64,000 nt of DNA from a virus (lineage: Duplodnaviria > Caudoviricetes). The notes beneath the pieces are model-generated. The model had not been told where the DNA came from and made no database searches. It saw only the letters and a list, made by a program, of their open reading frames with translations. The translations under genes were made by a program, and so were the position numbers. Below are positions 1-9,198 of the stretch, piece by piece. The stretch covers positions 20,698-84,697 of IMG/VR virus record IMGVR_UViG_3300020578_005808. One strand, 5' to 3'. Numbering within the stretch: position 1 is the stretch's first letter; each line of letters begins with the position of its first letter.

Positions 1-2
1 AA

Positions 3-509
3 AACAGTTTTGAAAGATTTATCTCTTTTGGATCCGGAGCAGAGCTATTAGCTTTAGATACGCCTTATGGAATAAGCAAAAGACTCATAGCTGATTCTAT
101 GAAGTTCAAGGATAAGTTTACTAATTTAAGAATATTTGGTTGCTTTGATCATAATGAATTAGACAATAGATTTATCAAAGGGAACATATTACGATATATA
201 AATAAAGAGCCAATACAAATATATGAAAACAAGAAAATGGACTTCTTCTTCATGGATGATTTGATTTCTTTAGTCAAATATTGTTTAGTTCACGACTCCC
301 CACCTAAAGAAATTAACTGCTCATATAAAGAAAAATATTCCCTGCATCAAATAGCCGAAATAATAAATCGTTTGGGCGCTCATAATGTTTCTATTTTTTC
401 AAATAATTTATCTGGCAAAGATTATATTGGCGAGTCCAATTTGCCGATTGAACACATTGGGCTGGAAAAAGGTATTAGATCTGTTTATAATAAATTAGTT
501 AATTCATAA
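3..509 (+). CDS. NAD-dependent epimerase/dehydratase (extended SDR), 5'-truncated by the window edge
   Basis: The frame is open from nt 3 and reads NSFERFISFGSGAE...TPYGISKRL, which supplies the SDR catalytic YxxxK. The ORF-track start at 99 is therefore internal. Confidence 0.8.
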   Translation, partial: NSFERFISFGSGAELLALDTPYGISKRLIADSMKFKDKFTNLRIFGCFDHNELDNRFIKGNILRYINKEPIQIYENKKMDFFFMDDLISLVKYCLVHDSPPKEINCSYKEKYSLHQIAEIINRLGAHNVSIFSNNLSGKDYIGESNLPIEHIGLEKGIRSVYNKLVNS

Positions 510-561
510 AAAAATATGTTTTCCGCAGATGTTTTCTGTAACGTTTAAATAAAATATAATT

Positions 562-1470
562 ATGATATTTGAAGCTTCAATGTTTTTTCAAGAGAATGAT
601 CTTTTAGAAATTAAATTAAACCAACACTGGGAATTTGTTGATAAATTTATAATTGTTGAAGCTGGAGAAACACACACAGGAATCAAAAAGAACTTTTTAT
701 TTAATCACCAAAGATTCAAGAAATACTCTGACAAAATAGTATATAAGTCTTTTAATTCTTTTCAAGAGATTTACGATTTGTATCCAAACATAATCTCTAA
801 ACATATTTATAAAACCGTAAGTTCGCAGCCTCATCTTAATTTAAATGACTGGATAAGAGACCATCTGCAAGCCGAATATTTGACTGTAGCTTTATTGGAG
901 CAGCAACCGAAAGATTCAGATATTGTTTTATTTACATGTCTAGATGAAGTATTAAATGAATACGCTTTCTCAGAGGCTAAAAATATTTTTTCAGAAAATA
1001 AAACCTATAACCTTTATTCTCATTTAGAAAAAAGATATATCACTAATTCTTGCGACTATGCTCCCGTATTTGGATTCGACTTAGATATGTATGTTTATAA
1101 ATTAAATCTATTTAGTAAGAAAACCCCAGTCGGCTGCATGACGCTGTTTTCTAATTTAAATAAAATTAAGCACACTGAACTTAGATATTTTTCTCTATCT
1201 ACCCATCATCCAATAGAAAACGCCGGATGGCACTTTACTTTTTTAGATGATACTAGAGGCGAAAAAGCTTTAAAAAAATATAAAAGCTGGGCGCACTCAA
1301 GAGACGGAGGGCATGATGTATCTTATTTTGATATTAATACTCCTTTAGAAGCGGAGCGAAGAGTGTTATCAGATTACAATACTCAAATGGTTCAAATATC
1401 TTCTAAAACTCACCCTGAATGGCTAATGAATAATCTATCCAAATATTCTAGCTATATTTATTCTACTTGA
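562..1470 (+). CDS. Glycosyltransferase family 17-like (MGAT3/GnT-III-like) protein
   Basis: N-terminal FFQENDLLEIKL...VDKFIIVEAGETHTG, central LDEV and C-terminal AGWHFTF motifs are typical of GT17-like proteins. Confidence 0.7.
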   Translation: MIFEASMFFQENDLLEIKLNQHWEFVDKFIIVEAGETHTGIKKNFLFNHQRFKKYSDKIVYKSFNSFQEIYDLYPNIISKHIYKTVSSQPHLNLNDWIRDHLQAEYLTVALLEQQPKDSDIVLFTCLDEVLNEYAFSEAKNIFSENKTYNLYSHLEKRYITNSCDYAPVFGFDLDMYVYKLNLFSKKTPVGCMTLFSNLNKIKHTELRYFSLSTHHPIENAGWHFTFLDDTRGEKALKKYKSWAHSRDGGHDVSYFDINTPLEAERRVLSDYNTQMVQISSKTHPEWLMNNLSKYSSYIYST

Positions 1471-1481
1471 ATATAATCAAT

Positions 1482-2543
1482 ATGAAAAAAATTCTTATCA
1501 CTGGTATTTTAGGTCAGGATGGAGCAAACATGGCTGAATATTTGCTCCAGAATACTGAGTATTTAATTTTTGGCATGATGCGAAGAAGTTCTAATCCTAA
1601 TTTTAAAAACTGCGAAAAGTTTTATAATAATTCCAGATTTCAATTCGTTTATGGAGATTTAACGGATAGCGTTAGCATCGATTCTCTTGTTTCAAATATC
1701 CAGCCAGATTATCTTATTAATTTTGGAGCCCAAAGTTTTGTGGGATGTAGTTGGGATATGCCTTTGCAAACTTTTGAGGTTAATGCTACTGGAGTTTTAA
1801 AATGCTTAGAAGCAATTAGAAAAAATAAACCAAGTTGTCGATTTTATTCAGCTGGATCATCGGAAGAGTTTGGGGATGTTTTAACTATACCTCAAGATAT
1901 TAATCATCCGCTACGACCAAGGAGTCCATATGGAGCTTCTAAAGCTGCTGCGAGAAGCATAGTAAAAGTATATAGAGAATCGTATGGTTTATATGCTGTA
2001 CATGGAATATTATTTAATCACGAAGGAACAAAACGAGGAGAAGAGTTTGTTACAAGAAAAATAACGAAAGGAGTAGCTAGAATAGTAAAATCTCTTAAAG
2101 AAAATACACCTTTTTCTCCAATCGAATTAGGAAATTTGGAGTCTAAAAGAGATTGGTCCGATAGTGAAGATTTTGTAGACGGAGTTTGGAAAATGCTTAA
2201 TCAAGAAAAGCCAAAAGACTTTGTTCTCTCAAGCAATGAAACTCATTCAATAAGAGAATTCGTTGAACTTGCTTTTAAATACGCAAACATTGAAGGAGCA
2301 TGGCACGGAAACGGAATAATGGAAGAATTCTCTTTATCGGGAGAAATGAAATCAATTTATAATTTTCAATCATCAATCCTAGTTAAAATAAATCCAAAAT
2401 TTTATAGACCAGCTGAAGTAGATTTATTAATTGGAGACTCAAATCCTGCAAGAGGAGAACTAGGATGGAGTCCAAAAGTATCATTTAATGAGCTAGTTAA
2501 AAAAATGGTTGAAAACGACATTCATCTCTTGACTAATGCTTAG
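1482..2543 (+). CDS. gmd: GDP-mannose 4,6-dehydratase
   Basis: ITGILGQDG Rossmann motif, AQSFV, SSEEFG, PRSPYGASK, GILFNHE, EFVTRKIT, LGNLESKRDW, FYRPAEVDLLIGD. Likely start is the ATG at 1482 (ORF track gives 1467). Confidence 0.95.
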   Translation: MKKILITGILGQDGANMAEYLLQNTEYLIFGMMRRSSNPNFKNCEKFYNNSRFQFVYGDLTDSVSIDSLVSNIQPDYLINFGAQSFVGCSWDMPLQTFEVNATGVLKCLEAIRKNKPSCRFYSAGSSEEFGDVLTIPQDINHPLRPRSPYGASKAAARSIVKVYRESYGLYAVHGILFNHEGTKRGEEFVTRKITKGVARIVKSLKENTPFSPIELGNLESKRDWSDSEDFVDGVWKMLNQEKPKDFVLSSNETHSIREFVELAFKYANIEGAWHGNGIMEEFSLSGEMKSIYNFQSSILVKINPKFYRPAEVDLLIGDSNPARGELGWSPKVSFNELVKKMVENDIHLLTNA

Positions 2544-2556
2544 GTCTATCAATACT
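2529..2556 (+). promoter_or_regulatory. Candidate sigma70-like promoter TTGACT-N16-AATACT
   Basis: TTGACT at 2529-2534 lies inside the gmd 3' end, 33 nt before the GTG at 2562. The same geometry recurs at 7776, 11746 and 15484. Confidence 0.55.
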
Positions 2557-2561
2557 TTAAC

Positions 2562-2912
2562 GTGCCAGAAGGCAAAAAGCCTAGAAAATTAAGCAATCAT
2601 CAAAAATTAATTATTGCATTTCTTGTAGATCATCAGAAATGTAATTGGGCTAATGAGATGAGGATAGCAAATAAACTCATCAAAGAGCATGGCTTTGAAT
2701 TTTTGATATCCCTAAAAGGCAGGACTAAATTAATATCTTTAGTTTGGTTTCTTGGCGAAAACGGTAAAAAGTTCCTAAACGATATTAAAAAATATCAATC
2801 TCTTTCTTTCAAAAAAGAAACTTACCAATTAGAAGAACAGCCTGTCGCCCCACCAGTCGAGATAGAAAAAAAGCCTAAAACAGTTCAAGAATTTTTAAAC
2901 CTATTTAAATAA
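2562..2912 (+). CDS. Hypothetical protein
   Basis: 116-aa ORF with a promoter-like element upstream and tight coupling to recA. No family recognised. Confidence 0.7.
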   Translation: MPEGKKPRKLSNHQKLIIAFLVDHQKCNWANEMRIANKLIKEHGFEFLISLKGRTKLISLVWFLGENGKKFLNDIKKYQSLSFKKETYQLEEQPVAPPVEIEKKPKTVQEFLNLFK

Positions 2913-2913
2913 T

Positions 2914-4026
2914 ATGGCAAGACCTAAAAAAGAATCTACCGAATCTACGGCAATCGAGTCTAAAAACAAACTTAAAGTTTTAGATGAAATTTTAAATCAA
3001 AACAAAGACTACCATTATGCTTTTGACAATAATATAGACTATGTCGTTAGCAGCGGCAGCCTTACTATGGACATAGAAATGGGCGGAGGCATTCACCCCG
3101 GAATTGTTCGATCCTCTGGAATCACAGAGGGAGGGAAAACAAGCAACGCTCTTTCTTTTGCGAAAAACTTTCAGATTCTTCATCCAGAAAAGGGTTGTGT
3201 GATATATGTAAAGTCAGAAGGAAGATTAAGCGAAGAAATGGTCAAGAGATCTGGAGTTGATACTGATCCAGAAAAATGGAGAGTTATTCCTACAAACGAT
3301 TATGAATTTGTTATTGATAAGATGAGAAGACTTATCAAAGATAACGACGACGGGAATATCTACTTCTTTATTTTAGACAGTTTAGATGCTTTAGTACCTC
3401 GCAATGATTTAGCAAAATCAGCAACTGAAGCTAATAAAACTGCAGGTGCAGCTTTGCTTACCGCAGATCTTTTAAGGAAGATGGCCGCTGCATTTTCAGC
3501 AAGAGGGCATATTTGTTTTATTATATCTCAAGTAAGATCTTCTATTAAGATAAATCCTTATGAGAAAGGAGATCCAAAAGTTACCAACGCAAGCGGTGGA
3601 AATGCAGCTCTTCATTATTCTGATTGGATTTTAGAGTTTCAGCAAAGGTGGAATAAAGATCTAATTTACGCTACGGCAAAACAGGATGGCAATCCTGTTG
3701 GTCATTGGTGCAAGGTTATCTTTAGGAAAACTCCAAATGAAAAATCAGGAAGAGAAATTCGATATCCTATTAAATATGGAAGAACGAATGGATCTAGTAT
3801 TTGGATAGAATACGAAGTTGTAGACCAATTATTGGCTTGGGAGTTCGCTCACGCTAAGGGAGCTTGGATTACTATAACTGACGAACTAATTAAAGAGTTG
3901 TCTGATAATGGTTTAGAAATGCCGAAGCAACATCAGGGAGAAGCAAATCTAAAAAACTTCCTCGAAGAAAATCAAACCATCACCAAATATCTCTTTAATA
4001 AGTTTATCAGTGTTTTAAAGAAATGA
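2914..4026 (+). CDS. recA: RecA/UvsX-like recombinase
   Basis: SSGSLTMDIEMGGG, Walker A variant GITEGGKTS, Walker B FILDSLDAL, FIISQVR, SGGNAALHYSD, GAW near the C-terminus. Confidence 0.93.
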   Translation: MARPKKESTESTAIESKNKLKVLDEILNQNKDYHYAFDNNIDYVVSSGSLTMDIEMGGGIHPGIVRSSGITEGGKTSNALSFAKNFQILHPEKGCVIYVKSEGRLSEEMVKRSGVDTDPEKWRVIPTNDYEFVIDKMRRLIKDNDDGNIYFFILDSLDALVPRNDLAKSATEANKTAGAALLTADLLRKMAAAFSARGHICFIISQVRSSIKINPYEKGDPKVTNASGGNAALHYSDWILEFQQRWNKDLIYATAKQDGNPVGHWCKVIFRKTPNEKSGREIRYPIKYGRTNGSSIWIEYEVVDQLLAWEFAHAKGAWITITDELIKELSDNGLEMPKQHQGEANLKNFLEENQTITKYLFNKFISVLKK

Positions 4027-4439
4027 AGCTATACAACATTTATGGAAAAGTTGTAAGTAAAAATGTCTCTGACTATTTAATAGAGTGGGAAGGGAAATCT
4101 AGATCTAAAATCCAATACAAAGTAAAACAATTTCTAAAACAATATTGGAAAAATCATATTGTTTATGAAGAGTTTCCTGTATTCGGCAGCAAGTTAAAAG
4201 TTGACATTTTAAATGCAACTCGCAAGATTGCTGTGGAAGTTCATGGTCCACAGCACTCTTCTTTCAATAAATTTTTCCATGGAGAATCTCGGCTTAATTA
4301 TTTAAAATCAATTAAAAGAGACGTAGCAAAAGAAAAGTGGCTTGTTTTAAATCAATTTACTCTGATTGAAATCTATCACGATGAAGTTGATAAAATAAGT
4401 GACAAAACGATCAAAGAGAGATATAATATTATTTTATAA
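4023..4439 (+). CDS. Vsr/DUF559-like PD-(D/E)XK endonuclease
   Basis: VYEEFPV...KVDIL...IAVEVHGPQH...RD..KEKW pattern. Confidence 0.7.
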   Translation: MKLYNIYGKVVSKNVSDYLIEWEGKSRSKIQYKVKQFLKQYWKNHIVYEEFPVFGSKLKVDILNATRKIAVEVHGPQHSSFNKFFHGESRLNYLKSIKRDVAKEKWLVLNQFTLIEIYHDEVDKISDKTIKERYNIIL

Positions 4440-5902
4440 TGGCTATTTATTCACTTCAGATTGAGAAGTATGTTTTATCAGGGATAATAAAGCATCAGGA
4501 TGTTTTCGGGGACATAGAAAGTTTTATCAATGAGAATGATTTTATTAATGATGTCCATTATACCGTGTTTTGTGTTTATAAGGACTGCTTTAATAAAGGG
4601 TCCTCTATAGATAAAATTCTAATTGCAGAAAAAGCTAAAAATTTAGGAATTACTTTTAAAGATCAATCGATTGATATTTTTAATTATATCAATAGCATTT
4701 GCTTAATACCAACAACTAAGCAAGGGCTAATTGAGGCCGCAAAAGAACTTCTTACTTTAAGAATAAGGAGAGAGCTTGAGGAAACTGGTGAAACTATAAA
4801 AAAATATGTAAATACCTGTTCCGATAAACCAATTCAAGACATCATATCCAACTGCGATAAGATATATAATGAAAAAATAACTCCATATGCTAAAGAAAAT
4901 AGCAAGCCGGAGGATATAGTTTCAAATATAATTGAAATAATTGAAGAAAGAGGAAACAATCCAGAACAGGAAACGGGATTAGTAACCCCATATGCTAATT
5001 TCAATAGATTATACGGCGGAATCCGACCCGGTAATATTTACGCTTGGGTAAGTCGCCCAAAACATGGAAAGTCTACAATATTAAACGATTTAGCTTTAAA
5101 AATTACATCTATTAATAAAGGGGTAAAAGCTTTAGTTCTTGATACTGAAATGTCTACTTTAGACATGAAGTTTCGCATAGCTTCTTCTCTCACTGGAATA
5201 CCCGTTTGGCATTTAGAAACCGGCAATTGGAAAAAGAATACCTCTTTATATAATAAATTCCAAGATAGCAAAACAAAAATTAAGGAATTACAAAATCAAG
5301 TAGATCATTTGCAAGTTTCTGGAAAACCTATTCAAGAAGTAGTTTCTATTATTAAGAGATGGTATTTTACTAAGGTTGGACGAGGCAATCCTTGTGTTAT
5401 AGTATATGATTACATTAAATTAACAGGGGAATCTGATAAAACAAAGCAAGAATATCAATTAATTGGTGAAAAAGTTAATGCTTTAAAAGAGCTTTGCTCG
5501 GAATTAAATATTCCTATTCTAACTGCTTGTCAATTAAACAGAAGCGCTGAAAGTGGTGTGGATGATAGTAGCGCGATTTCTCAATCTGATCGATTACAAT
5601 GGTTCGCTTCATTCGTGGGTATTTTTAGAAGAAAAACAGTAGAAGAAATTGCCGACGATGGAGAAGAATTTGGTTCTCATAAATTAATTCCACTCGCAAC
5701 GAGATTTCAAGGAAAAGATTCAGCAGGGCATCACGATCTAGTTAGAGTAAAAGAAGGAAAAAAAATTAAGTATATGCCTAACTACCTCAGCTTTAATATT
5801 TCAAGTTTTAATGTAGAAGAAAAGGGCACTCTTGAAGATATAATATCTGCAAAAGCTTTGCGACCCGACCTAGACGACTCTGGAGATGGTGAATTATTAT
5901 GA
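4439..5902 (+). CDS. dnaB: Replicative DNA helicase (DnaB family)
   Basis: Walker A SRPKHGKST, DTEM, VYDYIKL, CQLNR, SDRLQWFA. No intein. Confidence 0.92.
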   Translation: MAIYSLQIEKYVLSGIIKHQDVFGDIESFINENDFINDVHYTVFCVYKDCFNKGSSIDKILIAEKAKNLGITFKDQSIDIFNYINSICLIPTTKQGLIEAAKELLTLRIRRELEETGETIKKYVNTCSDKPIQDIISNCDKIYNEKITPYAKENSKPEDIVSNIIEIIEERGNNPEQETGLVTPYANFNRLYGGIRPGNIYAWVSRPKHGKSTILNDLALKITSINKGVKALVLDTEMSTLDMKFRIASSLTGIPVWHLETGNWKKNTSLYNKFQDSKTKIKELQNQVDHLQVSGKPIQEVVSIIKRWYFTKVGRGNPCVIVYDYIKLTGESDKTKQEYQLIGEKVNALKELCSELNIPILTACQLNRSAESGVDDSSAISQSDRLQWFASFVGIFRRKTVEEIADDGEEFGSHKLIPLATRFQGKDSAGHHDLVRVKEGKKIKYMPNYLSFNISSFNVEEKGTLEDIISAKALRPDLDDSGDGELL

Positions 5903-6831
5903 ATGACTGCGAATCGGTAAGAAAAATCTTACAAGATCTAGGATATATTTTAACAGATAATGGCAGAGAATTTAGAACAAAACCCCTATATAGGGATTCA
6001 GATAACGATAACGTTTTAAGGATTTGGAAGAATTCTGGTCAATGGGTAGACTTTAAAGAAAACAAGAGCGGATCGCTAGAAGAACTAGTTAAGTTAACCT
6101 TAAAGTTTCAAAGCATTGATGAGGCAAAAAATTGGATTTCATCACAAGGTGTTGTTTATCAAATAGAATCCTCAGGAAAACCAAAAGTAGTAACAAAGCA
6201 AGTTCAGATATTTGACAAATCATTATTGTTAAAACTGACAAAAAATGACGAGTATTGGAACCAAAGAGGCATTTCAAGTTCTACATTAAGTCCTTTTCAC
6301 GGAGGGCTAGCGACTACGGGAAAAATGTTTAACAGATATACTTTTCCTGTTTACGACAATAAAGATAACATAATAGGATTTTCAGGAAGAGACGTTTCTG
6401 AGAACTCTTCAAAAGAACGACCTAAATGGAAACACATCGGAGACAAGAAAGAATGGGTTTACCCGCTTAAAGTAAACTTAAATGATATTAAACTGCAGAA
6501 GAAAATAATTCTTGTTGAGAGTATAGGCGACATGCTAGCTCTTAGAGAAAACAAAATAAACAATACTATTGTTACATTCGGCTTAAACCTATCTGCTAAA
6601 ATAATATACAGCCTAATAGCTATTAATCCATCAAAAATTATTATAGCGTTTAATAATGACTCCGAAAATAATAGCGCTGGAAATGAAGCTGCTGAAACAG
6701 CAAAAGAAAAGCTGTTAAACTATTTTGATCCAAAACAAATAAGCATTAATTTACCAACCGAAGCAAAAGATTTTGGTGATTTAAATCTTCAAGATAATAA
6801 ACTAATCTTAAAATGGCTAGCAACAATTTAA
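5899..6831 (+). CDS. DNA primase (DnaG-like TOPRIM) with degenerate zinc-binding domain
   Basis: RYTFPV...IIGFSGR, PKWKH, ILVESIGDMLAL, AFNNDS...AG, KDFGD. Located between the helicase and the nuclease. Confidence 0.85.
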   Translation: MNDCESVRKILQDLGYILTDNGREFRTKPLYRDSDNDNVLRIWKNSGQWVDFKENKSGSLEELVKLTLKFQSIDEAKNWISSQGVVYQIESSGKPKVVTKQVQIFDKSLLLKLTKNDEYWNQRGISSSTLSPFHGGLATTGKMFNRYTFPVYDNKDNIIGFSGRDVSENSSKERPKWKHIGDKKEWVYPLKVNLNDIKLQKKIILVESIGDMLALRENKINNTIVTFGLNLSAKIIYSLIAINPSKIIIAFNNDSENNSAGNEAAETAKEKLLNYFDPKQISINLPTEAKDFGDLNLQDNKLILKWLATI

Positions 6832-7775
6832 AAACAAAAGAAAAAGTCAAGCTTAGTGCCAGCAAAATCAAGACGATAGAAGGATGCAGTTGGCTTTTCC
6901 ATTCTAAATACAATCTTAAGTATCCTGATATTTCTAACTCTGGAGCTTCTAGGGGTACAATATGTCATTTAATATTTGAGCTTCTTTTAAACGATAGGCA
7001 TAAAAAATATTTTACTGACTTATGCTCTGGTAAATCTGGAATTATAAAAAATCCAGCGATTCATCGATTAATCCTTAAAAATGCTAAAAAATTAAAAGTG
7101 GATGACGAAGAGAATTTGAATCTTATTTACGATATGATTCAAACAGGTCTTCAAAGTGACTTTTTTTGTTCCGGAGCGGTAGCAGTTTTGCCAGAAGAAG
7201 AGTTTTTAATTGAAGAAAATGATTATATAATCAATGGATTTATTGATAAGCTAGCCACCTATAAAGATGGTTCTTATAAAATCTTTGACTACAAAAGCAG
7301 TAAAGGAAAATTCTCTAAAGAGGAAATAGATTTCAACCTTCAAAATCTAATGTATTCTTTAGCTGTATTTAAAAACAAAAAGACCATCCCTGATGTTTCG
7401 TTCATTTTTCTTAAATTTAAGAAACAACCTATTCAAGAAGCCCCCAAGCCAACTGAAGAACAATTAAATGGTTTTAAAGAATACTTATCTTATGTAGCAG
7501 GATATATATCTAACTTCGATGAAAAATCTGCCGTTCAAAACTTAGCTGCTAAATCACCTAAGAAAAAATGGATGTGTGGCAGTGATGTCGAAGGAAAATG
7601 GATTTGTCCGTCTAGAAAGCCCGGCATATATTATATAGGAGTTGATAAAAACGAAAAATTTATCAGATCTTCTTTCAATAGAAATGAACTTTTAAGCGAC
7701 AATAGAATTGAACTTATAACAAAAATAGAATATAAAGGATGCCCATTTTGGAGAAAAGACGACCCAACTTTCTAG
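6813..7775 (+). CDS. PD-(D/E)XK RecB/Cas4-like exonuclease
   Basis: LSASKIK...GCSW, RGTICHLIFE, NGFIDKL, IFDYKSSK, QNLMYSLA and C-terminal cysteines. Confidence 0.82.
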   Translation: MASNNLKTKEKVKLSASKIKTIEGCSWLFHSKYNLKYPDISNSGASRGTICHLIFELLLNDRHKKYFTDLCSGKSGIIKNPAIHRLILKNAKKLKVDDEENLNLIYDMIQTGLQSDFFCSGAVAVLPEEEFLIEENDYIINGFIDKLATYKDGSYKIFDYKSSKGKFSKEEIDFNLQNLMYSLAVFKNKKTIPDVSFIFLKFKKQPIQEAPKPTEEQLNGFKEYLSYVAGYISNFDEKSAVQNLAAKSPKKKWMCGSDVEGKWICPSRKPGIYYIGVDKNEKFIRSSFNRNELLSDNRIELITKIEYKGCPFWRKDDPTF

Positions 7776-7804
7776 TTGACCTAAGAATTTTCCTAGCATA
7801 CATG
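7776..7804 (+). promoter_or_regulatory. Candidate sigma70-like promoter TTGACC-N17-TACATG
   Basis: TTGACC at 7776-7781, 33 nt before the ATG at 7809. The -10 match is weak. Confidence 0.45.
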
Positions 7805-7808
7805 ACTT

Positions 7809-8570
7809 ATGTTTTCGGCTGTACCGCTTTTTAAATCTCATTATAGTTTAGGCAAATCTATACTAACTCTTGCTAAAGTAAATTCTAGCGATGCTGATGA
7901 GCCTAGCTCTATTATTGATATAGCAAAAAAATTAAATCTAGAAAGTCTTTATTTAGTTGATGATTCTATTTCGGGATTTCTAGAAGCTTATAAATCTTGC
8001 GAGGAAGCAAAATTAAAACTAAGATTCGGACTGAGGATTACGGTTTGTGATGATATAAATAATAAGTCTCAGGAGTCTAAAGATAGAGAGCACAAAGTAA
8101 TAGTGTTTGCTAAAAACACTAAGGGATATTATTCTTTAGTAAAGATCTCGACGATAGCCTGCGCCGAAGGATTTTATTACTATCCTAGAATAGACTGCAA
8201 ACAACTAAAATCTTTATGGACTGAAGATTTATTGCTAGCAATTCCATTTTATGACTCATTTATCTATAAAAATAATTTAACTTATAGCATATGCGTTCCT
8301 GATTTTAGTTTCTGCAAGCCTACTTTCTTCATAGAAGATAATAATTTACCTTTTGATAATTTATTAAAACAGAAAGTTCAAGAGTATGCTGGGGCTGACA
8401 GCGAAATCTTTTCCTCACAATCAATTTATTATGAAAACAAAGAAGATTTTTTAGCATATTTAACTTTTAGATGTATTTCGGAAAGAACTACTTTAAGCAA
8501 ACCTAATTTAGAACACTGTTCCTCAAACGAATTTTGCGCGGAATCATTCAAAGACAAATATGGAAAATGA
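7809..8570 (+). CDS. Stand-alone PHP domain of DNA polymerase III alpha (metal ligands degenerate)
   Basis: FKSHYSLGKS, LVDDSISGF, LRFGLRI and HKVIVFAKNTKGYYSLVKI...FYYYPRID align by eye with the DnaE N-terminal PHP domain. Confidence 0.85.
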   Translation: MFSAVPLFKSHYSLGKSILTLAKVNSSDADEPSSIIDIAKKLNLESLYLVDDSISGFLEAYKSCEEAKLKLRFGLRITVCDDINNKSQESKDREHKVIVFAKNTKGYYSLVKISTIACAEGFYYYPRIDCKQLKSLWTEDLLLAIPFYDSFIYKNNLTYSICVPDFSFCKPTFFIEDNNLPFDNLLKQKVQEYAGADSEIFSSQSIYYENKEDFLAYLTFRCISERTTLSKPNLEHCSSNEFCAESFKDKYGK

Positions 8571-9198
8571 ATTACTAAGGTTTGATAAATCAAAAAAGCT
8601 AGTCTTTATTGATTGCGAGACGCTAAATCTTTGTCTTAATTTCTGCCAAAATCTTCCTTGGCAAATCGCCATGTTAAGCACGGTAGGCGGAAAAAAAATT
8701 GATGAGCGAGATTTCTTGATTAAATGGGATACTAATCTTAAAATATCAGACGATGCGCGAAGAATTACCAGATATCCCGAACAACTTATCCAAACGACTG
8801 GTAAGAAATTTGATGATATCTTTGATACTGTTAGGGATTGGCTCGACTCTTCTGACTATATTGTCGGTCATAATATTCTTGGTTTCGATTTGTATCTAAT
8901 AAAAGAAATGTATTTGCTTAAAGGTTTAAAAGTAAAACATTTGGTTGATAAAATTCTAGATACTAATTGCTTAGCAAAAGGCATTAAATATGGCATTCCA
9001 AAAATGCCAAAAGAAACAACTCTAGAATACCAGTATAAGTTGTTACATACTTATCGAAAAGGAATTAAAACAAATTTAACTGCATTAGGAAAAGATTATT
9101 CAATTGATCACGATTACGATAATCTTCATAATGCTATTGTTGATCTAGAATTAAATCTTAAAGTTTGGAATAAAATTAAATTTCAAGTAGAAATATGA
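8560..9198 (+). CDS. DEDDh 3'-5' exonuclease (DnaQ/epsilon-like)
   Basis: ExoI IDCET, ExoII GHNILGFD, ExoIII HNAIVD. Confidence 0.9.
   Translation: MENELLRFDKSKKLVFIDCETLNLCLNFCQNLPWQIAMLSTVGGKKIDERDFLIKWDTNLKISDDARRITRYPEQLIQTTGKKFDDIFDTVRDWLDSSDYIVGHNILGFDLYLIKEMYLLKGLKVKHLVDKILDTNCLAKGIKYGIPKMPKETTLEYQYKLLHTYRKGIKTNLTALGKDYSIDHDYDNLHNAIVDLELNLKVWNKIKFQVEI

Noticed and set aside
99-509. ORF-track start at 99 taken as a complete gene
   Set aside because: The frame is open to the window edge and the upstream part contains the catalytic YGISK, so the gene is 5'-truncated.
555-560. Perfect TATAAT before the ATG at 562
   Set aside because: Only 1 nt from the ATG, with no -35 match, in very AT-rich DNA.
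6813-7775. Cas4-like gene as evidence of a CRISPR system
   Set aside because: No repeat-spacer array or other cas genes are present. The gene sits in the replication module, as stand-alone phage exonucleases do.
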